A stretch of 64,000 nucleotides of DNA from an uncultured Bacteroides sp. GTDB taxonomy: Bacteria > Bacteroidota > Bacteroidia > Bacteroidales > GCA-2748055. Position numbers and translations under genes: made by a program. The stretch is from assembly GCA_964579515.1 (NCBI GenBank), contig CAZOHA010000001.1, forward strand, positions 163,484-227,483, given 5' to 3'. A model generated the notes under the pieces. It was not told the DNA's origin. It worked only from the letters and a program-made list of their open reading frames with translations, and ran no database searches. Of the stretch, positions 55,593 to 64,000 are shown one piece after another; positions within the stretch are counted from its first letter, which is position 1; each line of letters starts with the position of its first letter.

Positions 55593-56330
55593 TCAGCTCT
55601 GCAGGGTAAACCTGTAAAGCTCCTCGTGGTCCAGGTCATTGACACGGATCTGGTCAAACTCCGTCACCTGATATGTCTCATTCCCCTCTTCATCATACAG
55701 GATCTGTACGATCTGCTTCGGGAACTCAAAGGCTCCGTCGGTGTGGTATTCCCGATAGAACTGGCGGCTGATGACCCGGGAATCAGGTCCCATAATGATC
55801 ACACTCTCCAGCCTGTTCTCCTTTTTGGCCACCACCACATGGCTGATCTGCTCGCTGATCTGTTTCGGGATCTTCCAGTAGGAGAGCACCATCCCGTCCC
55901 TTCTCTCCACCTTGGAGACCTTGAACCTGGACTGCTGTAAACCGAAGTCCTTCAACCCGGCATTCAGGGTCAGATGGAACACGGTGAATTCATTGATGGA
56001 CGGAATGCCCTGCCGGTCGATCAGAGTATCGTTCCTGAACTTCATAATGGAAGTATCACGAACCACCCAGTTTTCCTCCCTGGGGAAGGAGACCCGGTAG
56101 ATGAGATCCTGAATGTTCTTGTCGTAGTAGACCACCCCTTTGGTGAGGTTCATGGAACCGTCGCTTCGTTTGACCTTAACGGTAAAATCGGCGCTCATCC
56201 TGAAATAGGACTGTCCTGAAAGGGAGAGGGAACAGCAAAGCACCATCATAATCATCCCCGCACCCATTCGCATCCCCGCACCCGGTTTCTTTCCTGAAGC
56301 CGGTCTGATAAGGTACTTTGTGGTATTCAT
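55593..56330 (-). CDS. Hypothetical secreted protein, first gene of the YidD-like operon
   Basis: The hydrophobic signal segment MIMMVLCCSLSLSGQ follows a Gly/Met-rich leader, so the start may be at 56273. No motif recognised. Confidence 0.5.
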   Translation of the reverse strand: MNTTKYLIRPASGKKPGAGMRMGAGMIMMVLCCSLSLSGQSYFRMSADFTVKVKRSDGSMNLTKGVVYYDKNIQDLIYRVSFPREENWVVRDTSIMKFRNDTLIDRQGIPSINEFTVFHLTLNAGLKDFGLQQSRFKVSKVERRDGMVLSYWKIPKQISEQISHVVVAKKENRLESVIIMGPDSRVISRQFYREYHTDGAFEFPKQIVQILYDEEGNETYQVTEFDQIRVNDLDHEELYRFTLQS

Positions 56331-56351
56331 GGTCCGTATGGTTTATAAAAT

Positions 56352-56388
56352 AAAAGGAGGCCGTCCCCGTGAGAGACCGCCCCTTTTA
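56352..56388 (-). terminator. Candidate intrinsic terminator after gene 56409-56897
   Basis: The minus strand reads AAAAGGGGCGGTC-TCTCACGGG-GACGGCCTCC-TTTTATTTTAT, a GC-rich stem with a trailing T-tract. Confidence 0.55.
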
Positions 56389-56408
56389 TCACTTTGTCGT
56401 TTAAAGCG

Positions 56409-56897
56409 TTAATACGCCCAGAGAGCTGCTGTCGAGAATACCCCCACGTACAGGATCACCCATACGCCGACCCATACCAGCATTCCCCAGAGCGCTTTCT
56501 TGACTTCATCGCCATCACCGTCGGTCAGGATATAGACCAGCAGAATACCGATCACTCCCAGGATGCACCCCCAGAGGAAGGAGGGGATACCCAGCGGCGG
56601 ATCTTCGCTTCCATCCACACCCAGCGGGGCGGAGGTGGCGTCCACATTGACGATCAGGTCACTGCCCCCGGCAAGCATGTCGTCATAGGTAATGCCCTCG
56701 TTCTGTGCGACAAATTCATCCAATTCATTCAGCTCCTGCATGGCCAGGTCCAGTGCTTCTTCATCCAGGACCAGAACAGACTCGTCGATGCTCGGGATCG
56801 CCGTGCCGAGGCTTCTTGCAGAAAGAGACTGTGTCTGCGAAACCAGCAATACCAGCGCCATCATTACGCTGGTGCTCTTGAATACAATTCTTTTCAT
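56409..56897 (-). CDS. Hypothetical membrane protein (signal peptide, acidic region, two C-terminal TM helices)
   Basis: The start is set at MKRIVFKSTSVMMALVLLVSQ (ATG 56897). C-terminal TM pair FLWGCILGVIGILLVYIL and MLVWVGVWVILYVGVF. Confidence 0.5.
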   Translation of the reverse strand: MKRIVFKSTSVMMALVLLVSQTQSLSARSLGTAIPSIDESVLVLDEEALDLAMQELNELDEFVAQNEGITYDDMLAGGSDLIVNVDATSAPLGVDGSEDPPLGIPSFLWGCILGVIGILLVYILTDGDGDEVKKALWGMLVWVGVWVILYVGVFSTAALWAY

Positions 56898-56989
56898 AAT
56901 CTCAATATTCAGGTTCAGAGTTAATGGTTCATTGCGGTAAATACCGACGCTCAAGGGGCTAATATAAAAAAAAAGGGAATTATATATAT

Positions 56990-56997
56990 TATATTTG
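56990..56997 (+). promoter_or_regulatory. Candidate -7 element (TATATTTG = TAnnTTTG) for gene 57038
   Basis: Exact consensus match in an AT-rich divergent intergenic region, ending 40 nt upstream of the ATG. Confidence 0.35.
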
Positions 56998-57037
56998 CAG
57001 CAATACCTGATAAAAACTTGAATTCATACCATTAAAC

Positions 57038-57457
57038 ATGAAATTTTTTCCATATGCGCTCGCTGCTTTTTTCACCCTTACCTATTGCAACCATGCATTT
57101 GCCCAGGATGAGCAGGCGGTGACCGCGAAGATCACCCCGGTTGAAGGGGAGACCGTGACCGTTCACCGGGCTTCCACCTCTTCATCCTCCTCCTGCATGA
57201 CCTCCGATTTTCCTGTTTACATGGGCACGGAAAAGGTGGAGGTGGATTTCGGCGAGCTGACCGAGCTGTATGTCAGGCATGATATTCCTGCCGGCGACCC
57301 GAACAATTACATGAGCGTGGAGCTGATCTTTGACGACGGGAGAAAGGGGATTTACGAAATGGTGAAACATATCCGGTTCACAGGTCAGACGGACGATGGC
57401 TCCTACAGCATCAGGGTTCCCGACGTCAATATGATCCAGGTGGTCAAGGGGTTTTAA
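57038..57457 (+). CDS. Hypothetical secreted protein (139 aa)
   Basis: Signal peptide (ALAAFFTLTYCNHAFAQ). No motif recognised. Confidence 0.5.
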   Translation: MKFFPYALAAFFTLTYCNHAFAQDEQAVTAKITPVEGETVTVHRASTSSSSSCMTSDFPVYMGTEKVEVDFGELTELYVRHDIPAGDPNNYMSVELIFDDGRKGIYEMVKHIRFTGQTDDGSYSIRVPDVNMIQVVKGF

Positions 57458-57462
57458 CAGGA

Positions 57463-60096
57463 TCAGAACGGAAACCAGTAGTTGAGCTTGATCATGACCG
57501 CGTGGGATCCATAGATGAAAGGAGGCTCCTCCATGACATCGAACAGATTTCGGTGGACCCGGTCCATGCCGGTCCGGTCGTAGGACCAGACCACGTAAAG
57601 GGTGGAACCCGGTTGGTACTCCCAGCGGAACACCAGGTTGGAGCGAAACTGCATGAAACTGAAATCGGGATTTCCGAAACTCAGCAGGGTTCCTTCCGAT
57701 TCGAACTGATAACACTCCTCCACCGGATCCAGAGTGACCTCCAGCAGGGGGATCCTCTCCCCGACCTGCCTCGATCCCGGTTGACCGACGCTTCTGAACC
57801 GGTCATACTTTCCCACGGAGTAATAGGGATTGCCGTAATACTGGACGGAGAGAACCGGGGTGACGAACAACTCGCCTCTGAATGTAAACGAAAAGGTACG
57901 GCGGTCGATCCGCCCGACAACATACTCCACGGATCCGTTTTCCGGCGAGACAGCGGCCGGGATGGTGGTCACATACTGCTGGTGGTAGTTGCGGTGTTCC
58001 AGATCGGCCCGGCCGCTGAGCCTGACCCGCCTGACCGGAAGCCAGGTCAGTTCCAGTCCGGCCATCTGCTCATCAGAACCTTTTTGTCCCAGGTGACTGT
58101 AAAACATTTCCACACTGCCGTACAGGTCTCTGGCAGTATTGGAACTGACCGCCAATCCCCCGCTCACCGCTCCGTCGTAACGAAGTGCAGGGCCGCCCCT
58201 CAGTTCCCGGGTATCCAGTGCCGAAAGGGCATTTTCGGCGATCATCGCCGCACTCCAGAGATTGGGGAAGGTGAGGGCAGCCTCCCATCCCATTACATGA
58301 GAGGTATGTTCTCCGCCGAAACTCCACCGGGCTTCCTGGTAGAGACCGGCTCTATAATCCCTGTACCATTTGCCGGGAGTGTTCTGATCGAACGAGACTT
58401 CGGCTCGTTCGGCCAGGAAATCGGACTGGCGGATAAACCCCATGTCATTCAGGTTGAGTCCGGGGCTGCGGTATTCACCCTGCAGGGAAAAATTCCATTT
58501 TCCCCCCTTCTTGCCGGCCCGGATCAGGCTGCCGTGCCCGGAGAGATGTTCCCTGAGACTGTCTACCCCCAGGTGGGTGGCATCGGGTCGCTGGAACCGG
58601 TGGATGTGAGCCAGCTGTTTTTGCAGGATCGCTTCCGGTGAACCCTGCATGCGGCTGGCGATGGTCTTTGCCTCCAGGAAGTAGTTCCGGTTGTCCCAGT
58701 GATGCAGCAGATCCAGTCCCCCGCTGACCGACCTGGAAGGGAGCAGAAGGCGGGTCAGAGAATCCATGGAGATCCGCTCCACCAGACTGAAGACCCCGCC
58801 CACGGAACTGTTGCCTTCCCTGAACTCTCTCTTTATCCGGGACGAGAGGTAGTTGCTCAGAGGGGCCGCCTCCACCTTTTGATCTTCTTCGGTTCCGTCG
58901 CCGGGGGAGCCTGTTCCGGTGGCTGTTGCCTGCGCTCTGGCGGTCAGCCCGTTCACCACTCCCACCGACCAGCCCGCCGGGGTCTTTCCGGTGAGTTTCA
59001 CCGCTCCCAGGATCGGTGTTTGACCGGGTACGTCCGTGATCATCACATCACCGGTTTTTGACGGGATGGCCGGAGTGCTCCCGATCCTCCTGGAGTAGTA
59101 GGGGATGTCACCATTCATTTCGAAATCGAAGATCTCGTTGCCTTCCATGAAAAAGGGCCGCTTCTCCTGGAAAAAGATCTCGTAGGCAGTCAGGTTCAGG
59201 ACCGAGGGGTCGGCCTCCACCTGTCCGAAATCGGGGTTGACTGAAAGGTCGAGGGTAAAGTCACTGCTGATACCGACTTTGGCATTGAGACCGGCATTCC
59301 CTGCCGGCTCACCGGGGGGCTCCCTGTCGGACCGGCTTGTGTATGACCCCAGCAGATAAGGTAACAACTCCACCTGCCGGGAGGTGCGGATGTCTCTGAT
59401 TCCGTGCAGCTCTCCGAAGAGATATACCATGGCCGGAGCCTCACGGGGAATGTGCTGCCAGCTGTCCGACTCACGCTTTCGACTGATCAGCCTGTAGATA
59501 TGAAGTCCCCACACATGCTCCTCCCGGCCGGCGTACCTGATCTGACTCAGCGGGATCTGCATCTCGGCCGTCCATCCCGAATCGGAAACCGAAGAGGCAC
59601 CGGCCCAGACCGCATCCCAGTTCATATCGAAATGATAATCGCCCAGGTGCTTCAAATCCATCTTCTGCCCTGCCGCGGTGAGGCTGAACTCGAAGGCGGT
59701 CCGTTTGTCAAAGTAGCTGTCCAGTGCGATCCCTGCCATATCCCCTCCCCTGGAATCTCTGCGGCTGAGGATGTTCCTGATCTTTCCCGGTTCACTATCG
59801 AGACAATTGATCGCCACATAGAGATTGGACCGGTCGTAAAGAATTTTGAACTTACTCTGTTCGGTGGCCGGCATGCCTGCGTGGGGGAACTGCTGGGTGA
59901 ACTTCCCCTGCCACCGGCCCAGCGACCAGACTGAATCGTCGAGTACACCGTCTATTTGCGGTGGTGTGCGGTTTCCCAGCGGTTCGGAATGGTACACCCG
60001 TTTATTCCGGAGCAATGAATCGATGTCCTGTCCATCCAGGGTATGAATGGCGCTTCCTGTGACGAGGAGCACAACAATAATAAGGGACCGGTTCAT
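57463..60096 (-). CDS. CBM9/DOMON-like N-terminal domain plus DUF5916-like large beta-barrel protein
   Basis: The start is set at MNRSLIIVVLLV (ATG 60096). PPQIDGVLDDSVWSLGRWQGKFTQ...LYVAINCLD is typical of the CBM9-like family. The C-terminus ends LNYWFPF. Confidence 0.75.
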   Translation of the reverse strand: MNRSLIIVVLLVTGSAIHTLDGQDIDSLLRNKRVYHSEPLGNRTPPQIDGVLDDSVWSLGRWQGKFTQQFPHAGMPATEQSKFKILYDRSNLYVAINCLDSEPGKIRNILSRRDSRGGDMAGIALDSYFDKRTAFEFSLTAAGQKMDLKHLGDYHFDMNWDAVWAGASSVSDSGWTAEMQIPLSQIRYAGREEHVWGLHIYRLISRKRESDSWQHIPREAPAMVYLFGELHGIRDIRTSRQVELLPYLLGSYTSRSDREPPGEPAGNAGLNAKVGISSDFTLDLSVNPDFGQVEADPSVLNLTAYEIFFQEKRPFFMEGNEIFDFEMNGDIPYYSRRIGSTPAIPSKTGDVMITDVPGQTPILGAVKLTGKTPAGWSVGVVNGLTARAQATATGTGSPGDGTEEDQKVEAAPLSNYLSSRIKREFREGNSSVGGVFSLVERISMDSLTRLLLPSRSVSGGLDLLHHWDNRNYFLEAKTIASRMQGSPEAILQKQLAHIHRFQRPDATHLGVDSLREHLSGHGSLIRAGKKGGKWNFSLQGEYRSPGLNLNDMGFIRQSDFLAERAEVSFDQNTPGKWYRDYRAGLYQEARWSFGGEHTSHVMGWEAALTFPNLWSAAMIAENALSALDTRELRGGPALRYDGAVSGGLAVSSNTARDLYGSVEMFYSHLGQKGSDEQMAGLELTWLPVRRVRLSGRADLEHRNYHQQYVTTIPAAVSPENGSVEYVVGRIDRRTFSFTFRGELFVTPVLSVQYYGNPYYSVGKYDRFRSVGQPGSRQVGERIPLLEVTLDPVEECYQFESEGTLLSFGNPDFSFMQFRSNLVFRWEYQPGSTLYVVWSYDRTGMDRVHRNLFDVMEEPPFIYGSHAVMIKLNYWFPF

Positions 60097-60170
60097 TTGA
60101 TGCCAGGGTCTCTGTCCGGATAAGTTATGAAAAACAGCGTTACGGAGCAACGCTCTTTCGAGCTCCCGGT

Positions 60171-61190
60171 TCAGGAAACAAGTAAATTACAGCCTCTGAC
60201 TTCGGCCTGATCGAAACGTCCCTCCACCTCGAAGCTGCCGTCGGGGTGTTTTCTGCCCAGGTCACCCGTGGCGATAAAGGAGCAACTGAATAGATTGGCC
60301 AGGTCGATGATGTTGATGCCACCGGGCCGCTCTCTTTCCAGGAGGGTGAACGGATCGTTCGGGTCACGGATCAGCACGCTCATCCAGGGGGGGGAGCGGA
60401 AGATCCCGTTCCCCCCGGAGTAGGCCTGGGAAAGCAATTCGGTCATCCCGTACTCGGAGTGGATCTGATCCACCCCGAAGGCGTCCGTCAGGAGCGCGTG
60501 TAGCTCGCTCCGGATCATCTCCCGGCGCCTGCCCTTCATGCCGCCGGTCTCCATGACCGTCACATTCGGCCCAAGCTTCATGGGAAAGTGCCGGGCCAGA
60601 TCGAGAAGGGCAAAGCTGACTCCCAGAAGAAGGGTGCGCTGCCCGTCGGAAGTACGCTTTCTGAGAAGCGAGGCCAGTGCTTCCAGGTCGTCCAGGTAGA
60701 AACCGCTGTCGGCATTCCCGGTAAGACCGATCAGCTGTTCAGTCATATAAATGAGTGAGGAGCCGGAACGCTCCAGGTATGAAGGCAACAGGGCCGGCAG
60801 GCAGAGCCCTTCCGGATCGCCATAGAAATGGGTGAACGACCGGGTGAAGCTCTCCCGGTACAAAGAGGCACTGGCCACATGGTGGCTGGAGCGGGCCGGT
60901 GAGGGGGTCGCGGTAGTCCCGCTGCTATCTCCTGTGGTCCCGCTGCTTATAAAGGTTATCTCCGGTGTGTATCCTTCGGCTATGACCCGGTGGGTCCGGA
61001 AGAACTCCACCGGCAGGAACGGGATCTGTTCGACAGAGTTGATACGGCCGGGAACGGTTCCCAGCCTTTGCAGGTATTCCCGGTAAACAGGAACCCGGGC
61101 CGCCTGAAATGAAAAGACCTCCAGGGCAGTCTCCCTGAAGGTCCGTTCATCGCGTATCGCGAAAATTTTCTTTTTCAGTGCAGGTTCCAT
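60171..61190 (-). CDS. LuxE-like acyl-protein synthetase / adenylate-forming 'acyl transferase' family protein
   Basis: FRTHRV...FISSGTTG adenylation P-loop and a C-terminal GRFDQAEVRGCNLL. Carries an in-frame duplication of the SSGTT motif. Confidence 0.7.
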   Translation of the reverse strand: MEPALKKKIFAIRDERTFRETALEVFSFQAARVPVYREYLQRLGTVPGRINSVEQIPFLPVEFFRTHRVIAEGYTPEITFISSGTTGDSSGTTATPSPARSSHHVASASLYRESFTRSFTHFYGDPEGLCLPALLPSYLERSGSSLIYMTEQLIGLTGNADSGFYLDDLEALASLLRKRTSDGQRTLLLGVSFALLDLARHFPMKLGPNVTVMETGGMKGRRREMIRSELHALLTDAFGVDQIHSEYGMTELLSQAYSGGNGIFRSPPWMSVLIRDPNDPFTLLERERPGGINIIDLANLFSCSFIATGDLGRKHPDGSFEVEGRFDQAEVRGCNLLVS

Positions 61191-61214
61191 AGGGACTGAA
61201 AAAGAGGGCGGGGA

Positions 61215-62432
61215 CTATCCCTTGATGGCCTTGATGCCGGGAAGCTCCTTGCCCTCGATGTATTCCAGCATCGCCCCGCCGCCGGTGGAGACGTAACTGA
61301 CCCTGTCGGAAAATCCGAATTTATTGACCGCTGCCACCGAATCGCCTCCCCCCACCAGGCTGAAGGCTCCCCGGCCGGTCGATTCGGCAATGGCTTCGGC
61401 AATGCTCACGGTCCCTTTCTGGAAGTTGGACATCTCAAATACCCCCATGGGGCCGTTCCATAGGATGGTCTTCGAGTTCATGATCACCTCTTTGAATGCT
61501 TTAATCGACTCCGGACCGATATCGAGCCCCATGTGCTCCTCTTTTCCCTCGTCGATCGGGGCAGTTTCGGTGGCTGCATCGTTCTCGAACTGATCGGCCA
61601 GCACCTGGTCCACCGGAAGCAGCAGGTTCACCCCTTTCGCTTCGGCTTTGCTGACCAGTTCCATGGCCACATCCAGTTTATCCTCCTCGCAGAGGGAGTT
61701 CCCGATCTCCCCTCCGCGGGCCTTCACGAAAGTGTAGGTCATACCGCCTCCGATAATCAGGTTGTCGACCTTATCAATCAGGTTATCGATTACCTGGATC
61801 TTGTCCGAGACCTTGGCTCCTCCCATGATGGCGGTAAAAGGTCTCTCCGAGTGGTGGAGCACCTTGTCCATCGCCTCGATCTCCTTTTTGATCAGGAACC
61901 CGAACATTTTGGCATCTTCCGCAAAGAAATCGGCGATGACGGCGGTGGATGCGTGGGCGCGATGGGCCGTTCCGAATGCATCATTCACGTATACATCGGC
62001 AAAGCCGGAGAGTTTTTCGGCGAAAGACCGGGTGGCAGCACGCTCCTCCTCGGTCTTGATCTTGTTCTCGGCACTGTGGAACCGGAGATTCTCCAGAAGC
62101 AACACCTGTCCCGGTTTCAGGCCGGCTGCCTTTTCCGCAGCCTCTTCACCCACACAATCTTCTGCAAACTGTACATCCTTTCCCAGATGACCGGAAAGCA
62201 CCGGTATGACATGCTTCAGGGAGAACTTCTCCTCGGGCCCCGATTTCGGCCGGCCGAGATGGGACATCAGAATGGCGGACCCGCCATCTTCCAGCACCTT
62301 ATTGATGGTGGGGAGGGCTCCCCGTATGCGGGTGTCATCGGTCACCTCTAATTCGGCATTCAGGGGTACGTTAAAGTCCACCCTGATGATCGCTTTCTTT
62401 CCGCTAAAATTGTAGTTATCAATTGTTTGCAT
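61215..62432 (-). CDS. pgk: Phosphoglycerate kinase
   Basis: The start is set at [24 protein letters not shown] (ATG 62432; the tracked ORF is 36 codons longer). The C-terminus [18 protein letters not shown] is typical. Confidence 0.95.
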   Translation of the reverse strand: MQTIDNYNFSGKKAIIRVDFNVPLNAELEVTDDTRIRGALPTINKVLEDGGSAILMSHLGRPKSGPEEKFSLKHVIPVLSGHLGKDVQFAEDCVGEEAAEKAAGLKPGQVLLLENLRFHSAENKIKTEEERAATRSFAEKLSGFADVYVNDAFGTAHRAHASTAVIADFFAEDAKMFGFLIKKEIEAMDKVLHHSERPFTAIMGGAKVSDKIQVIDNLIDKVDNLIIGGGMTYTFVKARGGEIGNSLCEEDKLDVAMELVSKAEAKGVNLLLPVDQVLADQFENDAATETAPIDEGKEEHMGLDIGPESIKAFKEVIMNSKTILWNGPMGVFEMSNFQKGTVSIAEAIAESTGRGAFSLVGGGDSVAAVNKFGFSDRVSYVSTGGGAMLEYIEGKELPGIKAIKG

Positions 62433-62477
62433 TTGGATATGAATTAAGTGAATGAAAACAGTTCCGGATCGGAATCT

Positions 62478-62485
62478 CAAAGGTA
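62478..62485 (-). promoter_or_regulatory. Candidate -7 element (TACCTTTG on the minus strand) for pgk
   Basis: Exact TAnnTTTG match, ending 45 nt upstream of the pgk ATG at 62432. Confidence 0.35.
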
Positions 62486-62497
62486 AAAAAGAAATTC

Positions 62498-62505
62498 TAC
62501 TTTTG
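62498..62505 (+). promoter_or_regulatory. Candidate -7 element (TACTTTTG) for holB
   Basis: Exact TAnnTTTG match, ending 15 nt upstream of the ATG at 62521. It lies inside the longer tracked ORF, which argues for the shorter start. Confidence 0.4.
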
Positions 62506-62520
62506 CAGGACGGACAGGGA

Positions 62521-63666
62521 ATGTTGTACAGGGAGATCATAGGACAGCCGGAGGTAAAAAGAAAACTACTTCACCTGGTACAGGGAGAAAGGGTGCCGCA
62601 TGCCATGTTACTATTCGGACCTGCAGGTACCGGAAAACTGGCGCTGGCGGTGGCTACTGCTCAGTATCTCTCCTGCCTCGACCGTCACCCGGAGGATGCC
62701 TGCGGAAGTTGCACGTCGTGTGTCAAATTTGCCAGGCTGGTCCATCCCGACCTGCACTTTGTGGTACCCGTACTGAAAACAGGTTCGGTAACAAAAGACC
62801 CGGTCACTTCTCTCTTCATGGAGGAGTGGAGGGAGGTTTTCCTTTCCAACTGGTATCTCTCCGATAATCAGTGGTACGAGGCCATCGGTGCCGAGAACAA
62901 GCAGGGGGTGATCAATACGGAAGAGAGCCAGCAGCTGATCTCCAGGCTGGGTTACAAGCCTTACGAGTCGGACTACCGGATGGTGGTCATCTGGCTGCCT
63001 GAAAAGATGAATCAGGCGGCGGCCAATAAGCTGTTGAAGCTGGTGGAGGAACCTCCGGAAAATACGGTGATTTTGATGGCCTCGGAAGATACCGGACGAA
63101 TCCTTCCCACCATTCTGAGCCGTACCCAGCTGTTGCACGTTCCACCTCTGGCCCCCGGTATGATCAGGGAGGGTCTGCTCGATCAGGGGGCGGAGGAGGG
63201 GCAGTTGCTGGAGGACGCCGTCCGGAAATCGAACGGAGATTACAACATGGCGCTCCGGACCCTCCGCGAGGATGAGCAGGAGCAATACTACTTCGAGTTG
63301 TTCACCGGGCTCATGCGCCTTTGTTACAAGCGGGACATCCTCCGGATCAACGATTGGGTCGAACAGGTTTCGGGTATAGGCAGGGAGAGGCAGAAACAGC
63401 TGATCGAACACTCTCTCAGACTTTTGAGAGAGAGTTTTGTTCTTCATCAGGGAGAAGAGGCTCTGACCTACATGAGCCAGAGAGAGAAAGAGTTTGCAGA
63501 AAAGTTCAGCCGTTTCATACACGGGGACAATATCGAAGGCCTGGTACGCTCATTCAGCGAAGCAGGGAACCATATCGAGGCCAACGGTAATTCCCGGATC
63601 GTATTGATGGATATGGCCATTCAGGTCATCAGGCTCCTGCTTCAGAAGGCTCCCGAGGAGGTATAA
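62521..63666 (+). CDS. holB: DNA polymerase III subunit delta-prime
   Basis: The start is set at [16 protein letters not shown]+ Walker [11 protein letters not shown] and zinc-module-like CGSCTSC. 381 aa. Confidence 0.85.
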   Translation: MLYREIIGQPEVKRKLLHLVQGERVPHAMLLFGPAGTGKLALAVATAQYLSCLDRHPEDACGSCTSCVKFARLVHPDLHFVVPVLKTGSVTKDPVTSLFMEEWREVFLSNWYLSDNQWYEAIGAENKQGVINTEESQQLISRLGYKPYESDYRMVVIWLPEKMNQAAANKLLKLVEEPPENTVILMASEDTGRILPTILSRTQLLHVPPLAPGMIREGLLDQGAEEGQLLEDAVRKSNGDYNMALRTLREDEQEQYYFELFTGLMRLCYKRDILRINDWVEQVSGIGRERQKQLIEHSLRLLRESFVLHQGEEALTYMSQREKEFAEKFSRFIHGDNIEGLVRSFSEAGNHIEANGNSRIVLMDMAIQVIRLLLQKAPEEV

Positions 63667-63717
63667 AGGTATTATCGTGCGTTTTGAAAAAGAGCGCCTA
63701 AAACCTATTTTTGCAAG

Positions 63718-64000
63718 ATGGAAAGCCTGAAGGCGAGAGGATGCTGCCACGAGAGGCAGCTTGAGATCAACGAGGAGAATTCAGACCGGATCGGTCATTA
63801 CTTCAGCACCTGTGCCATGCTGGATTCCTTCAACTGGCTGCGGGAAGTGTCGGACATGGATATTCCCGAGGTGGTGGAGGTCAGGTTCAAAAATACCCGC
63901 AAAGGATTTTACAGGAATGTGAACGGGTTGCGCCTGAAAAGAGGGGATATTATCGCTGTGGAAGCCTCCCCGGGGCATGATATCGGGATTGTCACCCTGG
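63718..64000 (+). CDS. PSP1-domain protein (RicT/YaaT-like); 3' end lies outside the window
   Basis: My own translation from the ATG at 63718 gives MESLKARGCCHERQLEINEEN...VVEVRFKNTRKGFYRNVNGLRLKRGDIIAVEASPGHDIGIVTL. It is open to the window edge. The holB-PSP1 adjacency is typical. Confidence 0.8.
   Translation, partial: MESLKARGCCHERQLEINEENSDRIGHYFSTCAMLDSFNWLREVSDMDIPEVVEVRFKNTRKGFYRNVNGLRLKRGDIIAVEASPGHDIGIVTL

Noticed and set aside
57502-58641. 379-aa plus-strand ORF inside the CBM9/DUF5916 gene
   Set aside because: It is an antisense shadow ORF. The minus-strand protein has family-typical N- and C-termini.
62433-62540. Longer starts for pgk (62540) and holB (62452) given by the ORF track
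   Set aside because: The extensions overlap each other on opposite strands. Each contains the TAnnTTTG motif of the opposite or own gene and precedes family-typical N-termini (MQTIDNYNF..., MLYREIIGQ...).
63706-63713. TATTTTTG (TAnnTTTG match) just upstream of the PSP1 gene as its promoter
   Set aside because: The motif ends only 4 nt before the ATG at 63718, so a transcript initiated from it would start at or inside the start codon. PSP1 is more likely co-transcribed with holB. I left it as uncertain rather than calling it.

Overview
The window is a densely coding stretch of a Bacteroidota-type chromosome. Evidence for the phylum: two SusC/SusD pairs, many lipoprotein signal peptides ending in Cys, TAnnTTTG -7 promoter motifs, and the panD-panC / short glycogen synthase / DUF4270 / glmS synteny. 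GC looks mid-50s percent on spot counts. I saw no rRNA, tRNA or CRISPR array.

Layout by coordinate:
- 1-10.7 kb: housekeeping genes (PBP1A, radA, rfaE-like, panDC, glmS).
- 10.7-16.8 kb: a six-gene, translationally coupled nucleotide-sugar operon (rfbB, galE, WbpA/B/D/E-like).
- 16.9-20.6 kb: HU-like/SPOR protein, metG, yraN, then a 38-bp-period tandem repeat.
- 20.7-25 kb: esterase, EEP phosphoesterase and two convergent paralogous lipoproteins.
- 25.2-37.4 kb: a PUL (SusC, SusD, double-LamG lipoprotein, two glucoamylase-like/GH144-like lipoproteins, GH3). I infer it targets beta-1,2-glucan.
- 37.4-42.7 kb: an accessory-looking patch bounded by gene remnants. It holds an FtsX C-terminal fragment, a ZIP transporter, a Cyc2-like fused monoheme cytochrome-porin, a pentaheme cytochrome, and a low-GC AbiEii-type toxin-antitoxin cassette bracketed by about 160-bp direct repeats of the mmcQ/yjbR 5' region.
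- 42.7-53.2 kb: a SusC/SusD operon with no recognisable glycoside hydrolase. It carries a BCCT transporter, a NodB-like lipoprotein, a TAT-exported Gfo/Idh/MocA enzyme and an amidohydrolase.
- 53.5-56.3 kb: an uncharacterised four-gene envelope operon containing a YidD-like protein.
- 56.4-64 kb: small membrane and secreted proteins, a CBM9/DUF5916 barrel, a LuxE-like adenylating enzyme, pgk, holB and a partial PSP1 gene.

The most interesting candidate is the pentaheme cytochrome / cytochrome-porin / ZIP operon at 37583-40959.

All functional calls come from motif recognition by eye. No database search was run.
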